From Gammaproteobacteria bacterium (lineage in GTDB: Bacteria; Pseudomonadota; Gammaproteobacteria; JABCZS01): a stretch of 64,000 nucleotides of DNA. The first letter of the stretch is position 1, and each line of letters opens with the position of its first letter. Below are positions 32,182 to 41,111 of this stretch, piece after piece. The stretch spans positions 46,390 through 110,389 of the forward strand of contig JAJFKJ010000018.1 in the NCBI GenBank assembly GCA_021773275.1, given 5' to 3'. The position numbers were made by a program, and so were the translations under genes. Under the pieces are notes generated by a model. The model worked only from the letters and a program-made list of their open reading frames with translations. It was not told where the DNA came from and did no database searches.

Positions 32182-34041
32182 ATGTTAGGTGTAAGCAAAC
32201 TAGGTATGCGCTTCGGCGCTCAGCTCCTCTTTGAAGAGGCGGATTTTCAATGCCGTCCGAATCAGCGTTTTGGTATTACTGGCAAAAATGGTGCCGGTAA
32301 ATCAACTGTGCTAGAAGTACTAGCGGGTTCAGATAATTCTTACGAAGGTGAGATTAGCCTGCCACAAAACACGCAAATCGGCATATTAAAGCAAGATCAC
32401 TTCCAGTACGATGAATGGCGTTTGATCGATGTAGTGCTTGCAGGCAAACCTGCACTTTGGGATGCGATACAACAAAAAGAAGTGTTGTTTAGCAAAGAAG
32501 ATTTCACCGAAGAAGATGGCATCAAGTTAGGTGAGCTAGAAGAAGTGGTGGCCGCCAACAATGGCTACGAAGCTGAAAGTTTCGCGCAAACATTATTATC
32601 AGGCCTAGGAATAGCACAAGAAAAACACCAGGGGTCGATGAAAGCATTATCGGGTGGTTTTAAACTGCGCGTTCTACTGGCGCAAGTATTGTTCCAAGAG
32701 TCAGATTTATTATTACTGGATGAGCCAACCAATCACTTGGACATCACGTCGATCCATTGGTTAGAGCAATATTTAACTTATGAGTTTGAAGGGATTTTAT
32801 TGTTTGTTTCACATGATAAACATTTTTTAAACTCGGTAGCAACCCATATTTTAGATATCGACTACGATACCATTATCCCATACACCGGCAACTACGATGC
32901 TTTCATGCTGACTAAGGCGCAGGTCGAACAGCAGAGCAAACACTCGCGTGGTTTGCAAGAGGCAAAGGTAGCGCAGCTAAGATCATTTGTTGATAAATTC
33001 GGTGCTAAAAACACCAAAGCGAAACAAGCGAAATCAAAACAAAAACAAATTGACCGTATTGAATTAACAGAAATTAAAGCAACAAATCGGCGCGCACCGT
33101 TTTTTAAATTTACGCAGATTCGTCCTTCAGGCAAGTCGGTGCTAAAAGTAAAAGAACTGAACAAAACGTTTGGAGAGCTGCAAGTATTAAAAAATGTGAG
33201 CTTCGAGTTGTTTCGTGGTGAAAAGGTGGCGATTATTGGGCCGAATGGTATGGGTAAGTCTACTATTCTGAAAATTATTCTAGAGCAGCTTACAGCTGAT
33301 CAAGGTGAGTATCAATGGGGCCATGAAACTTACAAAGGTTATTTTGCGCAAGATCATCACGAGCAACTTAAAGGTAGCCAGTCTGTTTTAAGCTGGTTAG
33401 AAGATGTTGCGCCGGCCTTGCAACGTGCCAATGTGCGTAGTTACTTAGGGCAGATGCTTTTCAGTGGCGATGACGTTAAAAAACAAATATCAAATCTTTC
33501 GGGCGGTGAAGCAGCACGTTTATTAGCAGCAGGCTTAATGATCACACAACCTAATGTTTTGATTTTAGATGAGCCCACTAACCACTTAGACTTAGAGTCA
33601 TTGGCGGCACTGGCTGAGGCGCTGAAAAAATTTGAAGGCACAGTTCTATTCGTGAGCCATGATAGAGATTTTGTGCGCAAAATTGCGACACGAATTATTG
33701 TATTAACACCGGATGGCTTGCACGATGTTACACAAACATACGATGAATACCTAGATGCAGCCGGTGAAGACTATCTTGACCGCAACAAAAAAGAAGCAAA
33801 AAGCAAACCTGAAAAAGAAGAAAGGTCTAAAAAAAGCGGCGGCAAGGGTAAGCAAGAAGGAAAGTTGCAGAAACAAATCACCGAGTTAGAGCAGGAACTG
33901 TTGCTTATCGATGAGCAGATGGCTGCTCCGGATTTTTACAAGAATACGCAGTCGGATGATGTTCAAGGCCTGAGAGAACAGCGTGAATCTCTGCAAAAAT
34001 GCATTGACGAAAAGCTATCAGAATGGGAAAATCTAGAGTAA
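32182..34041 (+). CDS. ABC-F family ATPase (two ABC domains plus a C-terminal coiled coil)
   Basis: Two Walker A motifs (GKNGAGKST, GPNGMGKST), two LSGG signatures, a Lys-rich inter-domain linker, and no TM segments. Confidence 0.92.
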   Translation: MLGVSKLGMRFGAQLLFEEADFQCRPNQRFGITGKNGAGKSTVLEVLAGSDNSYEGEISLPQNTQIGILKQDHFQYDEWRLIDVVLAGKPALWDAIQQKEVLFSKEDFTEEDGIKLGELEEVVAANNGYEAESFAQTLLSGLGIAQEKHQGSMKALSGGFKLRVLLAQVLFQESDLLLLDEPTNHLDITSIHWLEQYLTYEFEGILLFVSHDKHFLNSVATHILDIDYDTIIPYTGNYDAFMLTKAQVEQQSKHSRGLQEAKVAQLRSFVDKFGAKNTKAKQAKSKQKQIDRIELTEIKATNRRAPFFKFTQIRPSGKSVLKVKELNKTFGELQVLKNVSFELFRGEKVAIIGPNGMGKSTILKIILEQLTADQGEYQWGHETYKGYFAQDHHEQLKGSQSVLSWLEDVAPALQRANVRSYLGQMLFSGDDVKKQISNLSGGEAARLLAAGLMITQPNVLILDEPTNHLDLESLAALAEALKKFEGTVLFVSHDRDFVRKIATRIIVLTPDGLHDVTQTYDEYLDAAGEDYLDRNKKEAKSKPEKEERSKKSGGKGKQEGKLQKQITELEQELLLIDEQMAAPDFYKNTQSDDVQGLREQRESLQKCIDEKLSEWENLE

Positions 34042-34066
34042 TTATTTTTTATTCAGGGGGCGCCCG

Positions 34067-34393
34067 ATGAGCGATAACAAAGAAGAAAAAACAGAAGCAC
34101 TACAAGAAAAAGAGCAGGAATTCAAAATCGATGCTGCACTGAACTCATTAGCAATGGATACCTTGGCGCATATGAGTGATGCAGTCAAGAATAACCCAGA
34201 TATCCCCGAAAAAGAACACTTGTATGTGATGCTGCATGCTGCAGAGGCCATCACCTTTAACATCATCATGCATATTGCGGAACAAGTAGATGTTGACCCA
34301 GTAGATATCGCTGAAAAAACCAAAGCCAATCTTTTTGATGCGCTAGATGCTATTAGCGATGAACTGGATGCAGAAAAAAAGCATGTCCATTAG
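34067..34393 (+). CDS. hypothetical acidic protein
   Basis: 108-aa ORF with an RBS (cagggggcgcccgATG). No family recognised. Confidence 0.5.
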   Translation: MSDNKEEKTEALQEKEQEFKIDAALNSLAMDTLAHMSDAVKNNPDIPEKEHLYVMLHAAEAITFNIIMHIAEQVDVDPVDIAEKTKANLFDALDAISDELDAEKKHVH

Positions 34394-34862
34394 CGACGAA
34401 GATAAAAAACTATTCCGTGATACTGTGCGCGAGATGAAACCGCAGCAGCAGGTAGAACAATCGCAAGAAGATATGGAAGATATCCCGCGCGAACACTACA
34501 GCGACCACCTAAACGATGAAAATGTTTCAGCTGATGCTAAGCTTTCTTATTTCAACCAAACCTTGCCTCATAAGGTTCGCAAACAATTGCAAAAAGGCCA
34601 GTTTGATATTGAAGACATTTTAGACCTACATAGACTAACGGTTGAAGATGCGCGCGAAGACATCGCTGATTTTTTGCAAGCGTCCAGCGCTCAAGGCTGC
34701 CGTTGTGTGTTGATTGTTCACGGTAAAGGCCGCGACCTTAATACCCCGATTCTAAAAAACAAAGTCAAACAATGGCTGCCGCAATCAAAGTATGTCTTGG
34801 CTTTTTGCTCATGCCTGCCTAAACATGGCGGCACCGGCGCTGTCTACGTATTACTTCGCTAA
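34383..34862 (+). CDS. Smr-domain protein (SmrA/YdaL-like endonuclease)
   Basis: C-terminal LDLHRLTVEDAREDI..VLIVHGKG..LKNKV is the Smr signature. Start placed at the internal ATG 34383, which overlaps the preceding stop. Confidence 0.8.
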   Translation: MSISDEDKKLFRDTVREMKPQQQVEQSQEDMEDIPREHYSDHLNDENVSADAKLSYFNQTLPHKVRKQLQKGQFDIEDILDLHRLTVEDAREDIADFLQASSAQGCRCVLIVHGKGRDLNTPILKNKVKQWLPQSKYVLAFCSCLPKHGGTGAVYVLLR

Positions 34863-34953
34863 ATAATCAAAAATACTAGCATTTGCTGGGTTGTTTTTAT
34901 GCCCAAGCTCCCTCATCATGGTGATTCCTAAAATAATAATAAAGGGATTATTG

Positions 34954-36456
34954 ATGCACAATGCCACAGCCACAACCCGCGCAAATCTTGGTATGCAAGC
35001 ACCAGAAGTGCGCGTTGAAGTACACATGCGCGGTGGTATACCAGGGTTTTCAATTGTGGGCTTACCAGAAACAGCCGTTAAGGAAAGCAAAGATCGCGTG
35101 CGTGCGGCGCTACTTAATGCTGGTTTTGAAATACGTCCACGTAAAGTCACGGTAAACCTAGCACCGGCAGATTTACGCAAAGAAGGCGGCCGCTTCGATC
35201 TGCCAATAGCAATGGCTGTGCTTGCGGCATCGGGGCAGATACCCAAGAAAAGTTTGGATGAGTATGAATTTGCTGGTGAGCTAGGTTTAACAGGTGAGTT
35301 GCGGCCAGTGCGCGGCATGTTGCCTTTTGCAATTGCAACAAAACGCAAAGGTAAAAAATTAATATGCCCACAGGCTAATCAGACGGAGGCGGCTTTAAGT
35401 GGCGCAGAGATCTATGTTGCCAATGATTTATTGTCAGTTACGGCACATTTAAAAAATATTGAGCCCTTGCCAATGGCCGAACGGATAAAGCCAAAACCCT
35501 ATGACCAAACACTAGATATTGCAGATGTTCAAGGCCAAACAATGGCCAAACGTATGTTGACCATTGCGGCAGCGGGCGGGCACAGTATATTAATGAGCGG
35601 CCCACCAGGCACGGGCAAAAGCATGTTGGCGCAACGCTTGCCAACGCTACTACCTGATTTAAATGAGGATCAAGCTTTGGAGGTTGCAGGTTTATATTCG
35701 ATCAGTCATGAAAATTTTAAAGCGGAGAACTGGGCACGCCGACCTTTTCGATCACCGCACCACACTACATCGAATATTGCTTTGGTAGGCGGTGGCAGTG
35801 AACCTAAGCCTGGTGAAATTTCCCTAGCACATCGCGGCGTATTGTTTCTAGATGAATTGCCCGAGTTTTCCCGAAAAGTGATCGAATCGCTGCGTGAGCC
35901 GATCGAAAGTGGTGAAATCAATATTGCGCGCGCTGCACAATCGATTAAATTGCCTGCCCGATTTCAGTTGGTGTGTGCGATGAACCCATGTCCTTGCGGT
36001 TATCTTACTGATAGAACCCGAGAGTGTCGATGCAGCCCACAACGCATTGAGCAATACGTCAACAAAATATCTGGCCCCATGCTTGATCGCATTGATTTGC
36101 AAATTGAAGTGCCCAAGGTTGATATCAAGTCGTTGATGCAGTCGCAGAATACTACACAAGAAACCAGCGCTCAGCTGCGCGCAAAAATCACTGCATTACA
36201 CGAAAAACAATATCAGGAGCAGGGTTGTTTAAATGCCCATATGTCGACACCACAAATGCAAAATTTGCCCATTGACAAAGCAACGCAGAATTATTTTTTT
36301 ACCGCCACTGAAAAGCTAGGTTTGTCATTGCGCAGCTATCACCGCATTTTAAAGGTGGCAAAAACGATTGCGGAGCTAGAAGGCATCAAGTATGTGAAAA
36401 ACGACCATATGCACGAAGCATTGTTTTATCGAAAAATAGAACAAAATAGCGGATGA
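34954..36456 (+). CDS. comM: YifB/ComM family Mg-chelatase-like ATPase
   Basis: Lon-like N domain (GIPGFSIVGLPETAVKESKDRV), Walker A GPPGTGKSML, DELPEF Walker B, and a CPCG zinc-ribbon segment. Confidence 0.92.
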   Translation: MHNATATTRANLGMQAPEVRVEVHMRGGIPGFSIVGLPETAVKESKDRVRAALLNAGFEIRPRKVTVNLAPADLRKEGGRFDLPIAMAVLAASGQIPKKSLDEYEFAGELGLTGELRPVRGMLPFAIATKRKGKKLICPQANQTEAALSGAEIYVANDLLSVTAHLKNIEPLPMAERIKPKPYDQTLDIADVQGQTMAKRMLTIAAAGGHSILMSGPPGTGKSMLAQRLPTLLPDLNEDQALEVAGLYSISHENFKAENWARRPFRSPHHTTSNIALVGGGSEPKPGEISLAHRGVLFLDELPEFSRKVIESLREPIESGEINIARAAQSIKLPARFQLVCAMNPCPCGYLTDRTRECRCSPQRIEQYVNKISGPMLDRIDLQIEVPKVDIKSLMQSQNTTQETSAQLRAKITALHEKQYQEQGCLNAHMSTPQMQNLPIDKATQNYFFTATEKLGLSLRSYHRILKVAKTIAELEGIKYVKNDHMHEALFYRKIEQNSG

Positions 36457-37272
36457 TTAACGTTTGGGCTTAGCAACACCAGCCGCAGGCGCAGCTTGTA
36501 TGGGGCCTGTGCCTGTTGCTGTTGGATGCGCTTTCTCTTGCGCTGCCCGCAGTTTTGCAAACATGTCAGCAGATGGGGGTTTGAAAGCGCCTGGTTCTTT
36601 TTGTGAAAAAACATTGCGGAATGCATCAGCAAGCCTTGATAGTGCTGAGCTTAGTTTAGCGAGTGCGCGATTAAGCTTTGATGGCTCGCCAGAGGTTTTT
36701 GTGCTTGCCGCTAAAGAGGCAAACTTTTCTTGCGGCTTATCGCCTACCAGTTTTTGCAGTTGTTGTGATTTGTTCAGTAAAGATATTTTGTTGTTGTTAA
36801 TAACAACATCTACTTTGTTTAATAGCTTTGTTAAATCTTTATTGCCGGCAGATTCTGCTCTGGCTTCAGTTACTGCTTGTTTTACGCTGTGTATTTCAGC
36901 GCTGAGTTGCGATTGCTGATTTTTTTGCAGCCTAATTTCGCTGTTGATAACGGCTAGCAAAGCCATTTTATAAGTGTCACAATAATCAGCATTGTCACCA
37001 TTAAAAGACCAATTTTCCACCTGTACCTTATATTGCTGTAACGCTTCAATACCTGCATTTTTAAATAATAAAGCGCCGTCGGCTTTTACTGTTTGCAGTA
37101 ATGCTGCTGTATAAAGCTGAGGCTCACCTGCATCGTCGCAAGCTTGTTTTGTATTCCCGCATACAGTTTTAGCTTTACTCTCTAAATCAGAGTTTTTGTT
37201 ATCACCGTCGAATTTCTTGATCACTACATCAAGGGCAGTTTTGAGGTTTCTTGAACGAGAACGACCGGGCAT
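36457..37272 (-). CDS. hypothetical coiled-coil protein with Ala/Pro/Lys-rich tail
   Basis: Start set at MPGRSRS, where a strong RBS precedes it (aaggagtgtgctATG). The ORF-track start is 37314. No family recognised. Confidence 0.55.
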   Translation of the reverse strand: MPGRSRSRNLKTALDVVIKKFDGDNKNSDLESKAKTVCGNTKQACDDAGEPQLYTAALLQTVKADGALLFKNAGIEALQQYKVQVENWSFNGDNADYCDTYKMALLAVINSEIRLQKNQQSQLSAEIHSVKQAVTEARAESAGNKDLTKLLNKVDVVINNNKISLLNKSQQLQKLVGDKPQEKFASLAASTKTSGEPSKLNRALAKLSSALSRLADAFRNVFSQKEPGAFKPPSADMFAKLRAAQEKAHPTATGTGPIQAAPAAGVAKPKR

Positions 37273-37356
37273 AGCACACTCCTTAACAGCTGGTACTTTT
37301 AAGTTTAACGACAAAAATATGCTAAGGCAAGCTGTTAATCTATTGTTTTAAAACGC

Positions 37357-37575
37357 TTATTTTAAAACGGCCTCAAGCTCATCCAGGCGCTCTTCTAGGG
37401 CGCTTAGTTTTTGTCTGGTGCGCAATAGCACTTGTCTTTGTGTTTCAAAGGCCTCGGATGTGACCAAGCCTTGGTTTTCTAAAGCCTTTTGCAGTTGGCT
37501 TTGCAGTTGTGATTTTACGTCAGTGCCTACTTCACTCAGGCTATCTAATATTTTATCGATAACAGAACTATACAT
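37357..37575 (-). CDS. ubiK: ubiquinone biosynthesis accessory factor UbiK (YqiC/BMFP family)
   Basis: 72 aa. LVTSEAFETQRQVLLRTRQKLSALEERLDELE matches the family coiled-coil signature. Confidence 0.78.
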   Translation of the reverse strand: MYSSVIDKILDSLSEVGTDVKSQLQSQLQKALENQGLVTSEAFETQRQVLLRTRQKLSALEERLDELEAVLK

Positions 37576-37630
37576 AGGGCCTCCCAGCTCAATGCCTCAT
37601 GATACCTGTCATATGGGCAATCTATCAACC

Positions 37631-37790
37631 CCTTCATATGAAGGGGGCAGGAGTTTCGCAGATTACGCCATACTGCGTTAAAAGCCGCGTTCATAAATGC
37701 TCATGTACGCGTGTACACTGCGCTTTCCTCAGCGTCTTTTGCCTTGTCTGACGCAATCTGCAAAGACTCCTGAGAACCTTGAAGGCGGCT
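37631..37790 (-). ncRNA. candidate structured sRNA with 6S-RNA-like rod architecture (strand uncertain)
   Basis: A long irregular helix (37648-37669 with 37750-37772, about 19 bp) encloses an asymmetric internal bubble. Inside are a second helix (37681-37688 with 37720-37726) and an apical TGTAC-gcgt-GTACA hairpin. The element lies in a 349-nt non-coding gap. Confidence 0.3.
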
Positions 37791-37924
37791 GAGGCGCTAA
37801 AGCTCAGGGCAAAAAAATAGAATTACCGCAAAAAATCAACGACTTATGATGTTTCGGTTCAGCTTGGGTTCAGCTTCACAAGCATATAATGAAGTTATAG
37901 TAATTAATCTTGATGAGATAGAGC

Positions 37925-38596
37925 ATGAGCTTAGACCCAAACAGCGTATTAAACACATACAAAATTGCTTCTCGGCAAGCAGGCGATGATGTTGAGCTAT
38001 TACGCACTGCGCAGCTAGCAGCAGTTCAAGGTTTAACGCAAATGTTGCAAGTAGAGACCCGCGTGTTGGTCAATGACCTGGAGCAAATGACAGTGGCGCT
38101 CTGTCTTGATAAAGGCCCTAAAGAGTTTACTGATCTTGCAGAGAGGCAAGCAACGCCTCACCGCGAAAAATTAAAAAATATTTTAGAGGCTATTGAAGTC
38201 TTCGCAAAAGATATGGGCAATGCTCCTTTGGCTCAACAGAGTCAAGCAGCGCAAAGCAATCTTGGTGGTTCACAGGTAATAGTCTTTTTACAGCAACTCT
38301 TCATGGGCTTATTAAATGCGTTGAAGCAATTAATCGGCTCAAAGCAAGAAAGTGGTGTGCACCTACCAGAAGCTGAAGAAAGCGCGCTAATAGAAGCAAT
38401 CGTTGATCGCGGCAATGTGGGCAACATAGCACAACAAGACAGAGGGACAAGCGAAATGGTCATTGCTTATGCCGATAACGTTGCAAGAGCTGTGGCAAAA
38501 GCTGTTGCGCCTGATGTTATAACAGTGCTTTCTGGTGCAGAGGCCGATCAGCAGGCTGCCGCTGAAACAAAACGTGCTACTAGCCACAGCCGCTAG
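37925..38596 (+). CDS. hypothetical helical protein (phasin-like composition?)
   Basis: 223-aa Ala/Gln/Leu-rich ORF with no TM segment and no motif I can name. Confidence 0.5.
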   Translation: MSLDPNSVLNTYKIASRQAGDDVELLRTAQLAAVQGLTQMLQVETRVLVNDLEQMTVALCLDKGPKEFTDLAERQATPHREKLKNILEAIEVFAKDMGNAPLAQQSQAAQSNLGGSQVIVFLQQLFMGLLNALKQLIGSKQESGVHLPEAEESALIEAIVDRGNVGNIAQQDRGTSEMVIAYADNVARAVAKAVAPDVITVLSGAEADQQAAAETKRATSHSR

Positions 38597-38661
38597 TTTT
38601 GCACCCCTTTAAACACAATCTTTGAAACACCTGTTAAAATGTAGGGCTCTAGGAGCTATAC

Positions 38662-39375
38662 ATGAACAAATCTTTACTGAGCCATATTGCCGCTTTCGCA
38701 TTTTTATTGCTCGGCATCTTATTAAAAAACCCTTACCTGACAAGTATCGGCCTATTTGCATTGGCTGGGTCGGTCACCAATGCTTTGGCAGTGCATATGT
38801 TATTTGAGAAAGTGCCAGGTTTGTACGGCTCAGGTGTTATCCCTAATCGTTTTGAAGATTTTAAAGTCGGCATCTATCAGTTAGTAATGCAACAGTTTTT
38901 TAACCAAGATAATATGACCCGATTTTTTCATGATACCAAGCAAAAAGAAATGGTAAACTTCGATGATATCATCGACGATCTTGATATATCTCGATCTTTC
39001 GACGCATTTACTGAGATAATTATGAGTTCGCAATTTGGTGGAATGTTGAACATGTTCGGCGGCATGAAAGTACTGGAAACCTTCCGCGAGCCGTTTTTAA
39101 GCAAGCTAAAAGGCGAGATTAAAGAAATCGCACACGGTGAAACCTTCCAGCTTGCCCTAGAAGATAAGATGCAAGCCTCGATGCAATCGGATCAGGTGCA
39201 TGAAAAGGTTTCACAGATCGTGCAAAGTCGTTTAGACGAGTTAACGCCACGCATGGTCAAAGACATCGTTTCCGATATGATCCGACTACATCTAGGGTGG
39301 TTGGTGGTTTGGGGCGCAGTATTTGGTGGTTTGATCGGTTTGCTCGTAGAGTTATCCACACGGCTGCTCGGCTGA
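38662..39375 (+). CDS. DUF445-family membrane protein
   Basis: TM helices at both ends with a soluble middle. N-terminal AGSVTNALAVHMLF and C-terminal LGWLVVWGAVFGGLIG are typical of DUF445/YjiN-like proteins. Confidence 0.7.
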   Translation: MNKSLLSHIAAFAFLLLGILLKNPYLTSIGLFALAGSVTNALAVHMLFEKVPGLYGSGVIPNRFEDFKVGIYQLVMQQFFNQDNMTRFFHDTKQKEMVNFDDIIDDLDISRSFDAFTEIIMSSQFGGMLNMFGGMKVLETFREPFLSKLKGEIKEIAHGETFQLALEDKMQASMQSDQVHEKVSQIVQSRLDELTPRMVKDIVSDMIRLHLGWLVVWGAVFGGLIGLLVELSTRLLG

Positions 39376-39437
39376 AAGATGAGAAACCATAAGGCCTCTG
39401 ACAATAATCCCCAGTTCATGCACAGAGTTATCCACAA

Positions 39438-40085
39438 ATGAACGTTGAATTAATCAAAAATGGGCAGGTTTATACGCTGCGGCGTACCACGCCACCCCAA
39501 ATTGAATGGGTGCTCGATTTTACCCTGCCAGCTTATCAACAGCGCTTGCAGCAACGGGGCCGTAAAAACGACCCGCTGGCAAAAGCCGTAGGCCTTAGCA
39601 AGCAAAAAGAGTTACGCATTTTGGACATGACAGCAGGTCTAGGCAAAGATGCCTACTGGCTGGCGCACTGCGGCGCTAGTGTACAAATGTTAGAGCGTCA
39701 TCCATTGCTCGCTGAATGCCTTGAGCATGCGGTGCAACTACTTGCACAAGACTCAGAGGGTGTTGATGTCGCTAAGCGTATGCAAGTACAGCAAGCGGAT
39801 GCCTTAGATTTTTTGCAAGCTGTAGCCCCTGGGCAATTTGATGTGGCCTATTACGACCCGATGTTTCCCGAGCGTAAAAAATCTGCTTTAGTTAAAAAAG
39901 ACATGCAAATCATGCAAGCATTGCACGACGAAGATATTTTATCTGAAAATGTTATTGCAACGGTTTTAAAGAAAATACCAAAGCTTGTGGTTAAGCGCCC
40001 AATCAGTGCAGACTTTCTCGAAGGTATTGCGCCGCAGCATCAAATTAAAGGCGATAAAATCCGTTACGATGTTTATATAAAATAG
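39438..40085 (+). CDS. rsmJ: 16S rRNA (guanine1516-N2)-methyltransferase
   Basis: ILDMTAGLGKDAYWLAHCGASVQMLERHP and YYDPMFPERKKSALVKK match RsmJ/YhiQ. Confidence 0.86.
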   Translation: MNVELIKNGQVYTLRRTTPPQIEWVLDFTLPAYQQRLQQRGRKNDPLAKAVGLSKQKELRILDMTAGLGKDAYWLAHCGASVQMLERHPLLAECLEHAVQLLAQDSEGVDVAKRMQVQQADALDFLQAVAPGQFDVAYYDPMFPERKKSALVKKDMQIMQALHDEDILSENVIATVLKKIPKLVVKRPISADFLEGIAPQHQIKGDKIRYDVYIK

Positions 40086-40086
40086 A

Positions 40087-40110
40087 AAGGGCGCTTGCGC
40101 GCCCTTATTT
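40087..40110. terminator. bidirectional intrinsic terminator (AAGGGCGC-ttgc-GCGCCCTT)
   Basis: Perfect 8-bp stem flanked by A and T runs, between the convergent rsmJ and DUF1488 genes. Confidence 0.7.
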
Positions 40111-40128
40111 ATATCCGCTGGTCGAATA

Positions 40129-40425
40129 TTATTTGAATGAACGTAAGTCTTGTTCACTTAACAGGATTTCTCTTTCTGGAACTTTCCATTCTTTAAGCTG
40201 AATTTTATGCATGACAGCTTGTTGAATTTGTTGTTCGTGTTGTTTAAAGGATTGCAAAAATTCTTTTTCGCCGCCTTTTGCTTGGTACACTTCTTTCAAA
40301 GCATCTTCAGTAATTGAGCAAGTGATTTGGTTTTTGCCAAGCTTGCCTTTTACCTGAATCAAGTGTTTCGCTTGGTCGTAGTTTACCGGGCCGAAAGAAA
40401 TAGAGTTCTGTTTTTTCTGCTTCAT
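40129..40425 (-). CDS. DUF1488-family small protein
   Basis: 98 aa. ITCSITEDALKEVY...FLQSFKQHEQQIQQ resembles the DUF1488 pattern. Confidence 0.6.
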   Translation of the reverse strand: MKQKKQNSISFGPVNYDQAKHLIQVKGKLGKNQITCSITEDALKEVYQAKGGEKEFLQSFKQHEQQIQQAVMHKIQLKEWKVPEREILLSEQDLRSFK

Positions 40426-40526
40426 AATTGACTCCCATAATATGGAAAAAGTTATTATATTAACTATCGCTTAGGATCGGGGTTGTGTCAAATAATTGGC
40501 AATTATAAGTTATCTTCTTGTTTCTT

Positions 40527-41111
40527 CTAAGAAAAACTATCCACAGGCATTTCTAATAAGCCGTAGTAGACCTCGCCAGCTCGCTTGTGTTGCGCGAGAG
40601 CGAGCCCTGAAGGTAGGTTTAGCTGTTCTAGCGTAGAGGCTTGCTCCACATAGATCGCTGCACCAGGGGCCAGCCAGTGGTTCTCCTGCAGTAATTGCAG
40701 GCATTCAGGGATTAAGGCTTTATTGAAAGGGGGGTCTAGAAAGACAATATCGAAGACTTGAGTGGCAGGCTTTCTAAGCCAAGCTAGCGCCTCTAAGCAA
40801 ACGCATTCAAAATCGCTTGCTTCAAATGCTGCACCCTGTGTTTCAAGGTGAGTAATGATGCCAGCATGATTATCGACAAAAACAGCATTCGCTGCCCCGC
40901 GTGATAAAGCTTCAAAACCCAAAGCACCACTGCCTGCAAAAAGATCTAAACATTGTGCGCCCAAAATACGGGTTTGCAACCAGTTAAACAAAGTTTCACG
41001 GATGCGATTAGGTGTGGGGCGGATACTATCAAACTCAGGAAAATTGATGACCCGAGAGCGCCATTTCCCAGCAATAATACGTAGCTGGTTGGGTTTATGG
41101 GGCATGCTCAC
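40527..41111 (-). CDS. rsmD: 16S rRNA (guanine966-N2)-methyltransferase
   Basis: LRIIAGKWRSR..RPTPNRIRETLFNWL, DLFAGSGALGFEALSRGA and the DPPF motif. Confidence 0.9.
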   Translation of the reverse strand: MSMPHKPNQLRIIAGKWRSRVINFPEFDSIRPTPNRIRETLFNWLQTRILGAQCLDLFAGSGALGFEALSRGAANAVFVDNHAGIITHLETQGAAFEASDFECVCLEALAWLRKPATQVFDIVFLDPPFNKALIPECLQLLQENHWLAPGAAIYVEQASTLEQLNLPSGLALAQHKRAGEVYYGLLEMPVDSFS

